Assembly (NCBI GenBank): GCA_052327205.1
Contig: CM126223.1
Span: forward strand, 68,820,001-68,884,000
Direction: 5' to 3'
From: Somniosus microcephalus
Taxonomy: Eukaryota
Length of the DNA stretch: 64,000 nucleotides
Shown: positions 24,506-37,779 of the stretch, in pieces
How positions within the stretch are numbered: position 1 is the stretch's first letter
How the letters are laid out: every line of letters starts with the position of its first letter
Translations under genes and position numbers: made by a program
Notes under the pieces: generated by a model
The model's input: the letters and a program-made list of their open reading frames with translations, nothing else
The model's database searches: none
What the model was told of the DNA's origin: nothing

Positions 24506-24600
24506 CTTAGCCCGGACCTTCAGCACCAATGGAGCCTATTCAGGATGACGTACCCCGGCTTCCGGCCCCGAATTACAACCCCGACTTCCGGCTCTGCCTG
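24495..24600 (-). promoter_or_regulatory. AATF housekeeping-type promoter / GC-rich first-exon region
   Basis: YY1 motif AAGATGGCGGC overlaps the start codon. Two ETS/GABPA CCGGAAG(C/T) sites at about 24558-24591 and a TGACGT CRE-like site at about 24546. GC/CpG-rich from 24230 to 24610. Confidence 0.75.
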
Positions 24601-26822
24601 ACACACAGCGCTGATCATTGTTCATCTATTTTACAAAATGCTCAGCTTGCTCAAGATCCTTCTCATTGCAGTAGCCTTTTTGAAAAAAATACTTATTTTT
24701 TTTGCTTTCTTTCTGAATAAGAAACTGCATAATTGTGATCATAATTTTAACACAGTTTTGTAGGATATTACGTTTTTCTAATTCCATTGCATTAAAGAAG
24801 TCTAGCCTTAAAATATTGAATAATATCTTATTTCTGGAAAATACGGCAACCGAAATCTGTTTAGGATTCTAAATAAAACTGACGTGCAATCATTTCGCCC
24901 CGATTTCTCCACTCTCATGGGTCATGGTTTTAAGTTTTCCTGATGTTGAGACTTTTGGGGTATAGACAACCAAGGAGACTTTATTAATACTCAATCACTG
25001 TGAAACCACAATAGAATGATGTCAAGGAAAATATTAACAGCGATTATTTCAATACATACATGTGATGCATAAAGTGAAAACTAAACAAATATAATATTGT
25101 ATTTGTGCTTCGAGTTATTATGCGCCATAACGTCATATATATTGTATGAATCATGGTTAATATTGTCATATTAAAATATTCATAATCGGTGAATAAATAT
25201 GATTGAAAATCTATTGCCGCATCTTTCGACGTTACATATATTTATTTTAACGCATCTTTTAATGAATTAAACCAATTGGATTAAATGAATGTTAAACTAT
25301 GAAATACAATTTACGTTGTTTAATAAAATTATTTTAAAATGAATAAAATAGTCATATTGTACTCACAGGAAATATAAATTCAGCTTTATAATAGGCCGTA
25401 CGGAGAACGATTGGAGGATATGCAAAATACAATGGAATTCTATTAAAATGTACAGAATACTTAAGATACACAGAGGCAAAGGTAGTATATGTAGCTTGTT
25501 CTATTTGGTGCGAAACCTTTCATGAAGAAATAAGAAATTCGCTTGTATCAAAATTGTATTCGGGAGGATTAAATAGCACTTTGCAATTCAGGTATATAGA
25601 AAAAGTACAATAAACTGCAGCAGTGGAATCTGGCGTCCGAAAAAGTGAAATCCACCGGACCCCTATGGAGTTATTAATGAAATTATTTCCTAATACGGTG
25701 TTGGAACTTGAATTACTGCTAAGGGCTATTTCAAACCGGCGTCCTTTAATATTTTCAAATCACATTTCTGTGCCGAAATTAAAAATTCAACAACTCAATA
25801 TTTTGGCGGGGAAGTGGATTATGAATGTCATACTTTAAGGACTATTCCGTGTATTTGTACATTTCTTACATCAGTTTCTAACTCCTTTAGAAACCTATAT
25901 AGAAAACGTTTTACAGAAGCTAGTGGTTAAAAATTGACACAGAAAATGAACGGTGATGATTTATTTCGGAGGAAGGTTTAGGTGTTGCACTTAAGTTACA
26001 TCTATGATGTTGCTTACCTCTCTTACATATTGTGTGTACCAATTTTCATAAATGCTTTTAAGCGACATAGGAAAAACCAAATATGTTGGTCTTCCAGTCA
26101 TAATTTTCTGCCCCCCCTAATAAAAAACGAATATCTGAGGAATTACTTTTTCTCAAAGTGCAAGTTTGTCATGTTACTATTCACCTGAAATAACACATTG
26201 ATAAATCGCTAAAACTGGTTTGAGCCGATTATTGTATGTAAATAATAGTAATTAACATTAAAAGCAAGGCCGTGCATTATTAATCACTAGGTAATAAAAA
26301 TAAATATCGGTTAAAAAATTATTTATTTAAACTGTTGTGACGCATTGCTTAAATGTATACGATCAATCGCTTCTTCGATGTGATTTAATTATTTTGAACT
26401 CGATGCAATTGCAACGGCTAATTTTAAAACGATGTTCCATTAAAAAACAAAGTAAGCTGTGATAAAGTCCAACTCTTACGTGCTTGAATGAAAATCGAAT
26501 ACATAGGAATTGGATTCTATCCGCAAGTTCTATTTTTACTTTTTAACTTATTTTAATTAACACTGTACTCCATTTGGAACGAGCAGTAGGTATCAATTTA
26601 ATGCCAAAAAATAAAAGTAATGCATGCTCAAAAGTTTTTAATATATAATTTGGGGTAATTTATAGATGTTGATAGTTAAACAGATCGTGCGGGAGCAGAA
26701 ATTGACATTTAATGTATAGATAAGTGAAAGTAAGAGTGAGCAAGATACTCCCAGTTCATTCTGCCACGATACCTTGTTCATAAACAAAGCACTGACATTT
26801 AAAGACATTAAAACATCAATTT

Positions 26823-26847
26823 TTTATTAAAAAGTCACAAATTTATT
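26823..26847 (-). terminator. Candidate LHX1 polyadenylation signals (two AATAAA)
   Basis: tttatt on the plus strand at 26842-26847 and 26823-26828, about 1 kb after the stop codon at the end of an AT-rich 3'UTR. Confidence 0.6.
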
Positions 26848-27847
26848 CAACATGTTTTTCATTTATACAGTGAATGGTCTAATATGCAACGGAGGTCACA
26901 GAAGCTTAGGCCTATTATTATGACAAAAAAAATGATATCATGAGGAATTCTATACTGTATAAAGAAAAAAAGTAGCAGCTAGGGACTGCATATTTGACCA
27001 TGTAGTAAAATTGTTTAAATATTTGACCTTTTGTTTCTGTAAGACACAAAAATAAAATCCTGTATGAATCTATATGGGCATTATTAACAATATGAATGAT
27101 TTCTATGAGAGAGCTAAAAATTAGCAGAAAGTATATTTTTAACACTCTCTTTCTGAACACTTTCTCCAGTGGATGGTGCAGTGCACCTACAGTAATTGTG
27201 CTATGACTTATCTATTTGGCACCTTTCTAGTTTGTTTTCTCCACTTTTGTAAACATACGCAAAAAAAACACTTTGTACAAACTGGAACTGTGAACCACAA
27301 CTCCAGCAAATCTTTTGTACATTTTTTTGGAAACAAAAAAAAAGTTTGGTTACTTGATGCCCGTTTGTTCAATTCAGATCAAGAGGTTCTAAAATGTTTT
27401 CTAAAACATTAAACTCCTGAATTAAATATAATACGTAAACAGTAGACTCTTTCAGTTCATTCATGAGCTTTTTTTTTGTTGTTCAGCTTTGTGTAGGTAG
27501 AGTAGTTTGCGTTGAAGTCTTGAGGGCTCCCAAACGCCTTTGTCTTTTCGAGGTCATTCTGAAATTTGTTCCTTTTGGGTTTTAGGATCCCAGCTTTTGT
27601 CGCCTTGCTTAAAACATGTTGTTGTGTTAGCTCGGTGCAACTTTCTCCTTGTTTGAAGTTTTTAAAAAATTGTTATTTTAATATTTTTTTCGCGACCAGT
27701 TTTGTTGAAGATCTCGCCTTGTTCTTGCTGTCCGGGCAACGCTATTGTCTTTGGGGTTGGGATGGAGCAGAGAGAGAGAGAGAGGGATATATTGTCAATA
27801 TTGTCCCTTGACGTGAGTTTCGGCAATTTCCGCCAAGTCGGAAGTCG

Positions 27848-28242
27848 TTACCAAACGGCAGCCTCGTTCATTTCCGGAGGCGGATGTGACAAATGGCTGG
27901 TGTATCCCCCGTTGGTGAGGGAGAAGGACGGGCTGGGACCCGGCCCGAACACATCCGCCGCCATCGAGTGCATTGACGGGCCTGTTAGACCCGGCTCTGG
28001 GCTCGGAGAGTCCCCGTGAGAGTGAGAGATCATGTCGGTGAACCTCTGGCTGTCGCCTGGTCCCGGCAGGTTGCTGGGGTGATGGCCGGGCAGTGGGTGC
28101 TCGAGTCCGCCGAGTGGGGTCGCCCCAGGCCCGGAGGAGGGCACAAAACCCAGATCCACTGGAGTCTGCGCCTGAGACGAGGGGGGACCTTGAGGAAAGA
28201 AATCATAATTGCTTCCAGGACCATAATATTCAGTCTGATAAT
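27848..28242 (-). CDS. LHX1: LHX1 coding exon 5 (C-terminus to stop)
   Basis: Acceptor ttcattcccag. [28 protein letters not shown]...[15 protein letters not shown]. The five exons sum to 1233 nt, i.e. 410 aa plus stop. Confidence 0.96.
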
Positions 28243-31200
28243 CTGGGAATGAAAAAAAAGGGAGAAAATAAATATTAATGCACGTTATCCTTATGCAGTC
28301 CTACACATTGGTGCATACACATTGCAGTTTCAAGAAATCAAATACAAATAAGAGTAGGGACGAATTAACTTTGCAATCAGATAAACTAGGTTTTATTGGA
28401 GTGTTTCAGCAATGCGTTGTTCAAAACCAAAACGCGAGCCAAGTGAAATCAAAATAGGAACACAACGAATTAAAACTCACAGTAACAAAGTTTGCAGTTA
28501 ATTCCTAACCTGGCCTTGCACTCTGAAAACTTTAGAATTGAAATCGGTGACTTTAGTTTATCTCCTTTGCACGTTGGAGAACTGATAAAAGGGTAGGCAC
28601 CTCCTAAACATGAATTGACCTTTAAAGGCACCAAACTCGAACCTGGTTACTCCCCTCCCAAGACACACACACACAGTTACAATGTGGTCTATAGATTCAA
28701 CCTTCAACATAAAGCCAGACGCATTCGTTCCCAAATGATTGCATTTATTGTTATTCTTTATAAGTTACTCGAGTTGATCTGCTGTCACTATGAAATCTGT
28801 GATCAGAAACTAAACCTTCACAGATCTCTGGGAACCATAGAGGCCGACATGCTGCTCTGTAGCAATGTGAAATAAAACGGTGTTGTTGTACATAGGGCGG
28901 TGAGATAAAGTGGTAATGATCCTTTCTGGTCCAGTGAGACCCAATCATAGGGCATGTCTCTGCTGCGAGGTTTAAGACAAAATAAAACATTTACACAATT
29001 CTAGGCGTTTAAATTTTTTAGTAGCCAAAACAAACATTTATGAAATTCTTTCAGAGAATATAAAATCAGAAATTTTTTTGTGACACAGTGAATTATTTTC
29101 TCTTTTAGCTAATGAGCCTTACATTCGAGCATCCCCAAACTCCGTTGATCAGAATTACTCTGTGAATTCACAGTGTGACGCGCAACGGGCAAGGCAAACA
29201 GCAATCAAATGTTTTTTTGTTCTAATTTATGTCCCATTTGTAAATCAGACTGATGTCTTGGGGTTTTTTTTGCTCAAGATTTCATCTCTGTAAGTGAAAA
29301 ATGAAGCAGATGTGATTGCAAACAAACGCTTGGGAAACTATTCTGTGTTATTAATCCCTATCACACACAAGGTCTGGCGCAGCAGGGTCCCACTTTTTGA
29401 ATAATGCTCACTCATTTTACACAAATGCAACCGCTCTCACAAAACCACCACTCAACTAGTCATTGTCGAGCACACGGCAAATAACAGCCTGCCATCCCAC
29501 AACCGTGGTCTGAAAGATCTTCTTGTAAAATAGTTTATTATTCGGAGCCGAGGTTTAAGTCGTGCACTCGCACTTAGTTACCTAGTTACCAAATTCAGTG
29601 AAGTGTTCTGAAAACAGTCTGCTACCTAAATGCTCCACAGGTATTAATGCAAATTACTCCCAATACGCATTATTTAAAAATCCGAGCATTAAAACCAATG
29701 GTTCATGCACCAACATCATTTACACCCCAAAATCTTAATAGGGTTTATAGTTAAAAAAAATAACACGGGGTTCAGTGTTAAATGTGCAGTCAGTTCTTTT
29801 GAAGGCTTTTCTGAAATTCATCTGGATCTGTTTTTCCCTGGTAAAATATATTTGAATTTAAACGCCGTTGCAGTACTCTGTATCCGACCAGTTATTTTTC
29901 AATTCAGCCTGAATGCATGCTAATTTACATAAGTAAATTAAATGGAGAACGTGCATACTAAAACTGGCCGCTACGAGTAAGCTAAGCACGGATGAAAATG
30001 ATGCTGGCACTTTCCAATCATCCAATAGTTGTATAGAAAACTTCAATAAATGCGATCATATCCGACCTCATTTTAATTTCAAATTTGTCCTGTTTCAATG
30101 TAAGCTCGAATATGGGGAAATCCCTGCCAGCTCACCCGCTTATCGCCGTGTGTAAAATATCTTTTTTAAATGTTTTCTTTTAAAAGGTGCTTGGGAGACG
30201 TTGGATCGGCAATTAACTGCCCAGCACAATCCAATGCAAATGAAGTTAAAAAAATAAACTTACTCCGCTTATGGGTCATAATTAATCAATAATACAGCAA
30301 AGCGCGGTCATTCTCTTTTTCATTTGAAACATACATTACACCTTTCGGAGTGCATGGGAACGATGTTAAACTACGATTTAAAGCTGAAAGTTTTTATTTG
30401 GGGAGGGGGGGAGGGGGGGAGGGAAGGAGGTTCTAGCATTCAAGGGTTGATGAAGTTTAAGCTTCGTGCTATGGTTTTGTTAAGAGCCTCCCACTTATGC
30501 TGTACATTCACGCCATATTAATTAACCCCATCCCCTCCTGTGTGCTTATTGTCTTCCCCGTGTCCTTGCCATCAAATAACAGCGAGTCTGCTGTTTACAA
30601 TCCACTGGAAGCTCCGCCAAGCCTGTCACTAAACATACACATGGAAACTTTGTTACAAAAAAAGTTCACAAATGTTAACCCAGTTGATTGTACAGTGGAA
30701 TTGTACCGGGTAGACCTTTCCGATATCTCGGTATGTATTATAGAACAATACTAAAAATCTATAACGCGTTACACTCATTCTAGCACACTTTTCTTTTAAA
30801 ATTAAGTCAATGGTATAAATTACAAGATTACATTGATCCAGATATAAACTAAACAATCCCAGGCCCTATTCTAACTGTGTGCTGGTCTGAATAGATATGT
30901 GCTATTGTAACTAAAACGTTAATGTTACATCAAGTAAGCAGTTTATTATTCATAATTATAAGTAAATAAAACGGAAGCACATGTTTCACATCACAGTGTC
31001 CACGTTACACAAAGATAGTGAAATGTTTATAATACGAAGTCAAAACGGGTAAACGTTGAATAAATAACGTACAGCAATATAATCAAGTAAAGCCTACCCA
31101 TATACTTTTCTTTTGAAAAAAAAAGTTTTAAAAAAATTACCCAACAATCCTTAACTTTATGGCACTCCCTATTTAGGCTTGAAACCTGGTTTACTTGCAT

Positions 31201-31808
31201 TCTGTTAAACTGCAAATCGGAAAATAAAACCCACAATTGTAAGCAACGTTAACGTTAGTTAGTTTTAATAGGAAGACTGAAAACATTTGTTACATTTAAG
31301 TATCTTTTTAAGAACCCAGTGTAGATGTTAGTAGTAAACACAACCCTATGGCAATGCACCATTATGCCATTCCCTGGGTCTTTTTATACTGGCGTATATG
31401 CACATATGTTGTATTATTTCAGTTCCTTTTGTATATTCCTATGGTTATTTTAGGCGGGCCATTTATTTTAGACGCTACTTATTGGGGTTCCCTGTTTCTC
31501 AGTCGGTTCTTGTAAGCGGGAAACACTGCTTAGTTGATTCTGCATATGAAACTGATCTGACATTGACAAGTAGATCGTTGAGGGAAAAGAGATACTTTAG
31601 CCTTAAAATAGCACGGAGACTCTCTTGGTGTAATCAGTGATTGAATAAGTCAATAATAAGTCAATAAATGGCTAACTTCATACAGTATTTCAATTGTCCG
31701 TCAATACATGACTGTAAAACTGAATTTGCAGCGTCCTTCTCATTAAATAAGTAATCAGTTTTTAAGCACATCCTGGGGAGTGTTTAACAGAAATGAATTG
31801 GGACTTAC

Positions 31809-31974
31809 CCCCGTAGTAATTGAAAGGGCCGTTTCCCATCATGTCAGCCCCGTCGAGGCGATCTCCCAGGGGTCTCATCCGTCTGGGGCTGCGGAAAAAC
31901 GCGTGTCTACGAGCCCCTAAAGCACTCAGCTGCTTCATCCGCCTCTCCTTAGACCTCCTGTTCTGGAACCAGAC
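31809..31974 (-). CDS. LHX1: LHX1 coding exon 4 (homeodomain helix 3)
   Basis: Acceptor tgtgtcccag. [37 protein letters not shown]. Donor G|GTAAGT; 166 nt. Confidence 0.97.
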
Positions 31975-33822
31975 CTGGGACACAAAGCAGCCGCAAGATT
32001 CCTTTTATTTCGACAATCCTGAGTTAATATTAAACCATACATACAACGCAAACAATACCCTTTCTAGCCCCATAATTCAGAATCGAGGCAAACCTGCAGC
32101 ACCTCTTAAAAAAAAGCTTGGCTTTAATTCTACACTGCAACATTAATCTCAAACCAGTCTTGAAACACAGAATGCTAATATTGACACCTTCCTGTTTCAT
32201 AAACTGAAAGAAAACCGGAAGGCTTCACCAGAATTAAACGCTAAACCCAATTTACAACAGTCATGCCAAGCATTTCAACGATATCCTCTTGATTCCAGAC
32301 TCTTAGGATAACACACAGCCAATGGACCTGCTATATTTTAAAATGCAATTGCAAGTTGAATTAAAACTCGACTTCCTTCTTTGAATATATATTCAAATGC
32401 AGAATGGTTCCATTATTTGTTGTATGGTCGAAATATGTTTGAAATGTCACATCTTGGAAAAAGTGGCTCTTAAATGAAAAGCAAGTAAGCGTTCTTCGCC
32501 AGTTTAGCTTTTAAAACTCACTTTTTCCTTTTGAAAAAGGTAATGGACGCATTGAACAACATCGTTCAATTCTTAAGTTTGTTATTGAAATAAAGTCAGA
32601 CATTTAATAATCGCAAAATTGCACTGAATGAAGTAAAATTAATGCTTAAAATCAGTTTGCACAGAAGTGCCGACAAATTGAAAAATATTTGCATGAATAC
32701 AATTTGCTTTGTAAGACAGGTGAAGGGTTCTGAAGCTAATTCCAGTTGCCCTGCAAGATTATAAGTAATTATTATCCTCTGGGGCTGGTGTGTTCTATAT
32801 TTAACCTGGGTCGACTAAAGTGACGGCCTTACCCTTTCAGTAACCCACCTCAGGATTCTCGGCCCCTTTATTCCACAACTGGAATAAATGTAGAAAATGT
32901 TGCCTTTTTACATGCCCCATGTGGTGTTAGTGTCCCTATTACAACAGAATCGTGTTTCTACCTTCGTTGCCTCAGAGCTGGGGTCCTCTGCTGTAATAAT
33001 CTCTTAACTCACACAACGGCTCTCTCCACCCGCTCTTGCGGTCGGTTTTTCATCAGCTGCCCTAACATTTAACCCGGGTATTCCTGTTCATTTTCTCTGA
33101 GCTGTTTACACCTCGGGTTGCTTCCCTAAGCAGGGTGCTCTCGGATAGTTTAACCCGCCTCTGTACAATCATTGTGATTAACCGGATTTGCTGGTGCAGC
33201 TTGTCTTGTGCACTTGTTTCTGGGTTGACGATGGCTTGTGCCGCTCTGACCATATCACTATTACATTTGGCCTGCGTTATTGTTTCTATTTATATTTGCT
33301 TGGACGCGGCTTGACCTCTTGGGTGCACTCTTCTGGGTTTTCCTACTTTCATTACTCTCACATTTGACCTGATTAAAACGGATTGTTTACCCACCTCCTC
33401 CTGTTTGGCTTTGCGTTCTATACTTTTGACGCTTTCTCCCGGCTTAAACTTTCCCCCGCTGAAGTGTAGCCATCCCGATAATCCAGCTTTTTGTGTAATA
33501 AAGCGCTCTGAGGATTTATCCCGGGTCAATGCTATCCATTACCTGTGCCCGTTGGTTCGCCATTTCTAGTACGACCCCCTCCCCCACTGCCACCTTTAGT
33601 CTGCCCTCCCCGAGTTAACTGTTTTTTTTATAATCTATCCCAGTTTCTAAATCTCTCATTTATACAACCCTCTTTTGCTTGGTTTCCTGAAGCATTTATC
33701 TCCATTTAATCCCCCCACTCAGAGCACTTCTCTGCAAGTTTAATATTGAGCCTAAATCACTGCCTCCCCCTGCCTCCATGTTTTGTTACATTGGAGCCCT
33801 CAGTTCTAAATGTCTCTCTTAC

Positions 33823-34100
33823 CTGTATAACCCTCATGTTTAGCCCGGTTTCCTGAGCTAGCTGCTCTCGGATGTGCCTGGTGGGTTTGGGAGTGGCTGC
33901 AAATGCCGCTTTGAGAGTTTCCAGCTGTTTTGCTTTGATGGTGGTGCGGGGACCCCGGCGCTTGGCTCCCAGATTCTGTTCCTCGTTCTCGTTATTGGCA
34001 GTCTCTTTATCTGAAATATTGGCGCTTTCTGAGTCTTTTGTGTCATCTTGTAAATGATCTTGAGAATCCGGTGACAAACTTTGATCACTACATGCCGTTA
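33823..34100 (-). CDS. LHX1: LHX1 coding exon 3 (linker + homeodomain N-part)
   Basis: Acceptor tgttgtacag. ...[47 protein letters not shown]. Donor CAG|GTAAGA; 278 nt. Confidence 0.97.
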
Positions 34101-34812
34101 CTGTACAACACACAAAATGAAATGGAATGATGTATGAGTTCACATCACATAAATAACCAATTAAAACGATGATAATTACCGAGATTGTATTAGTAATTGA
34201 TAATATAGCCCCTCTGGACCGCCGAATTACAGTACTTTTACATTTTAGAATAATGCCAAACACACCAAATGAAACAGTTATGAATGCTCTAAATATTCCT
34301 ACTCAATCCTCCCCAAAACAAACCATTCTCATATTAAAATGAAAATGTCAAAAAAATGTAAAACGGGGAAAAAGTTAACATACATCTAAAACGGAATAAA
34401 ATGGTACAATGGACAAAACAGGAGATGTGTCACATAAAAGCTACACGAAAATCGTACATTCTGCTACTCGCTATAATACATAAAGTAGCAAATGGAATTT
34501 AATTAAATTAACAGCAAATAACTGTTAAAATGGGGAAGATGCGAAACGGGAGGCTCAAAACCTGAGCGCACTGCCTGTTATACCCGCGTTTGTAATTTCC
34601 GTGGAGCCCCAATCCCGATTATTTTACATTCCTCTTCATTTCATAATGGCAATACACACTATGTTGCAGTGAAAGTATTTAATTGAGTAAAACACGTGCG
34701 AGATTATAGTAATGTTGCAGCCGATTGATACTGTAACGTTACTGGGCCACACTGTCGCCCAGGTTCCCATTAAGCACACACATATATATATATGATGAGG
34801 ATTTGCCTTTAC

Positions 34813-35036
34813 CTGACAGCGCGCCGTTTTCTTTCGAATTATTGCTGTTTAAAAAATCGTCCTTGCAAACAAATTTGTTTTCGTCTATGATGTAGAGCTC
34901 TTCTCCGGTGGAAAGTTGTTTGTTGCATATCATACAAGTAAAACAGTTCAGATGAAAGACTTTGCTTCTCGCTCTCCTCACCAGATCGCTCGGGGAGATA
35001 CCCTGATAGCAGCCGGCACACTTGGTACCAAAACGA
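34813..35036 (-). CDS. LHX1: LHX1 coding exon 2 (LIM domain 2)
   Basis: Acceptor gcttttcag. [48 protein letters not shown]...CKDDF. Donor G|GTAAAG; 224 nt. Confidence 0.96.
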
Positions 35037-37252
35037 CTGAAAAGCACCACACGGGGAAAAAAATAGTCACAGAAATGTTCAATGTGATTCGGTACAGTTG
35101 TACAGTTAACAAACTTAATACCAACCCGTCAGAAGAGCAAAGCGCGGGCACTAATTTACATTTCCACTGGACAGATTCCTGTTCATATTCCACTTATGTT
35201 GCCCGAAAGTGTCTCCCAGCACACAAACGGAAGAAACGCCGTTTATAATTGTACAGATCCGCAACTGAAACCAATCGGGACCGACACACCGGCGTGGAAC
35301 AGATTGATCACTGAGCTGTTTCTTTTGGGGGGGGGGGGGGGAAAGGCCTGGAAATCAGTGCAAACCCACTTACGAGAGATCTATAGCAGCAAACTGACCA
35401 AAAGTGTCCGAATGTTGTGGGGAATGCTTTACATTGAACCAGAATTACATTGATGGTAAGCTCAGAGTCTGCCCCTCTTAATGCAACTGACTTCACTTAT
35501 TGTTTCCATTAAGCTGATTATTTATGTTTCTTCCTCATTTCAATTTAAAGTACAGGGCGGATATAAAAGCTTTCTTACGTAAAATATGTTTTACATTATC
35601 GGTAAAATTAAAAAAAATAGTCGCGGTTACAATGCCATAGTATTATCTATCAAAAGTGGAAAGCTAATTAATGTATTTGTAAGGATCACCAAACACAATA
35701 TAGAGTAGAATATCCTGCTCTATATTGATTCAGACTTACAAAAAGTTTGCATCTTGAAACATCAAGGTATTTTTAAGTTTTCATATTAAAATATGAAGGT
35801 ATTTCGGTACAATATTTAATTTCAGTGTACTTCTAACTAAGATGACGCTTAACGAAATCGTATAACAGGTGAGCACAAACTATTTGACACTACCGAAGTT
35901 TACCTGTAGTTTTTTTTTTAAAGAAAACAAGGAGAAAGGCTCACCAATATATTCGAGAAAAGGTCGTTAAAATGCTCCAAGGGTGGCAATTTATTAAAAA
36001 AACGTTGCCCTATAATTTCGCTGCGTATAAAATAAACTAAAACTAAATTTTAAAAGAATCTCATATCCGTGCTGGGTGTAAAAATCGTTGGATTAATAAA
36101 TGTTACGTCATTTACAGGTGACGGCAGATTGAAGTGATGACGGCGTATGATCCCTGAGGAGGAAAGAGATTTCAGGAGAGCCTGATTAGAAAGGTCTTCA
36201 AACTTGACATTAAACCATTCATTAATAATAACTGAGGGGTTGGCTGGTTCAATCAATGGTTCCGGTATATAAGCAATAGGCAAAGGATATTTTGCTGTCA
36301 CATTTGCTCTGCAACTTGAAACAGACTAGTACTTTTTAAGGGCAGAGATAATCTAATTTAAAATGGTAAAAACGTTTCTAGATGGTTAAAGCAAGTAAAA
36401 GTTATTGATTGAAAAAGATCAGTAAATACTATACACATGTCGTATAGTTGCAAATGAAAGTTATTGTGAACAAGGAAAAGTTAGATAGGAATAACTTGTT
36501 TAGCAAGCATGAGAAAAATAACTACCCTATAGCAGGCAATATATCTCTAAATCTACTATCAGACTCACATTGTACATTTGGTTATGGATTTAGTTCGTGG
36601 GATGGGGAATTGCAATTGTGCAGGTATTTGTGCAGTTCGTTTAGGTGATTGCTGACAAGGGTCTGCCCAGATGTCTTTTGTCTATGATTTCCTCTTCAAA
36701 CACTTTGTTATTCAAAGCCACTTATCACATCGTTACAATAAAGTAAAAACACCAAGGAGGTAGACAGAGCCAATGGATTTCCTCTCGGATTCGCAGTTAT
36801 TGATCTTTGCTTTAATTTGCCTCAGCAAAAGAAATGTGCCATCTCCCATCGTGTTTCCTCTTGCTGAATACACATTTTCCGCATTTCAGATCAGCAAAGT
36901 TGCTGGACGAGGGCTGAACGAAAGTGTTTTATGTTCATGCAATTCAGTTGTTTTATCAAATTGCGAAGCAGTACATAGTTATTTGAGGGACTGATGCTAA
37001 ATTATTTAGGTCTCAATTTCTTTTCTTCGAGTAACTGAACGGGATATATGAAAGTTATCCAACAGTCCTGTTTTACACTAATCATGTGTTATTATATTCA
37101 CTAAATAATGTCCCAATATCTCGCAAATAAATTAAATCAGCAAAATTTCAGCCTCGGAACAATGTGAAACAAACTTGAAGTTTACACAATACGAATATAA
37201 CAAGGCACCATCATTCTGATGATGCCTTAAAAAACGTACCCATTGCACTTAC

Positions 37253-37422
37253 CGAAAGAAGTCGTTTTTGCAGTAGAGCTTTCCTTCTCGTGAAAAACAT
37301 TTTTCTGTTAAATTGCATTTACATTCGCAGCACTGCACACATTTCACATGCCAAGCTCGGTCCAGGACATTTAATAGAAACCTATCAAGAATAGGCCTCT
37401 CGCACCCCGCACAGTGCACCAT
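37253..37422 (-). CDS. LHX1: LIM homeobox 1 coding exon 1 (LIM domain 1)
   Basis: [56 protein letters not shown]. Donor CG|GTAAGT; 170 nt. Absent from the ORF track and read by hand. The single Met start and AATF synteny favour LHX1 over LHX5. Confidence 0.96.
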
Positions 37423-37779
37423 TGTCTTTGGATTGTTCCCAGATAATGAGATAGCTGACGGTTAGATATTTGGCTGGTAATAATGAGGTCCTCGATCGTC
37501 CAGCAGGCTGATCCTTAGAATGGCTCTTATTAAAGGGCGACGGTTCCAACGGATGAAGTGGCCAGCGTTCTTTCTTTTGAGGTAGCTGATATGAGTCAAA
37601 GGAAACCGATGCAGGTGTACTCCTAAAGCAACAATCGCCCTCTTAAAGAAATAACTCTAAAATAATTTAAAAAAAAGAGGCTACACTAATCAACAAGCAA
37701 CAGTGCTGTCACTCTGGAGTATTGGGAGTAAATTGTTTACTCCAACATGATGCAAAAAGATGCCAACGTTTAACTTTGT

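Noticed and set aside
24506-24529. N-terminal extension of AATF in the ORF track (MVLKVRAK)
   Set aside because: It starts at TTG. The ATG at 24505 has a strong Kozak context and matches the known N-terminus.
24519-24538. REST/NRSE-like ttcagcacca
   Set aside because: Only the left half-site matches; the right half (GGACAG) is absent.
27848-37422. Alternative identification as LHX5
   Set aside because: The MVHCAGC start with a single Met and the direct linkage to AATF match LHX1.
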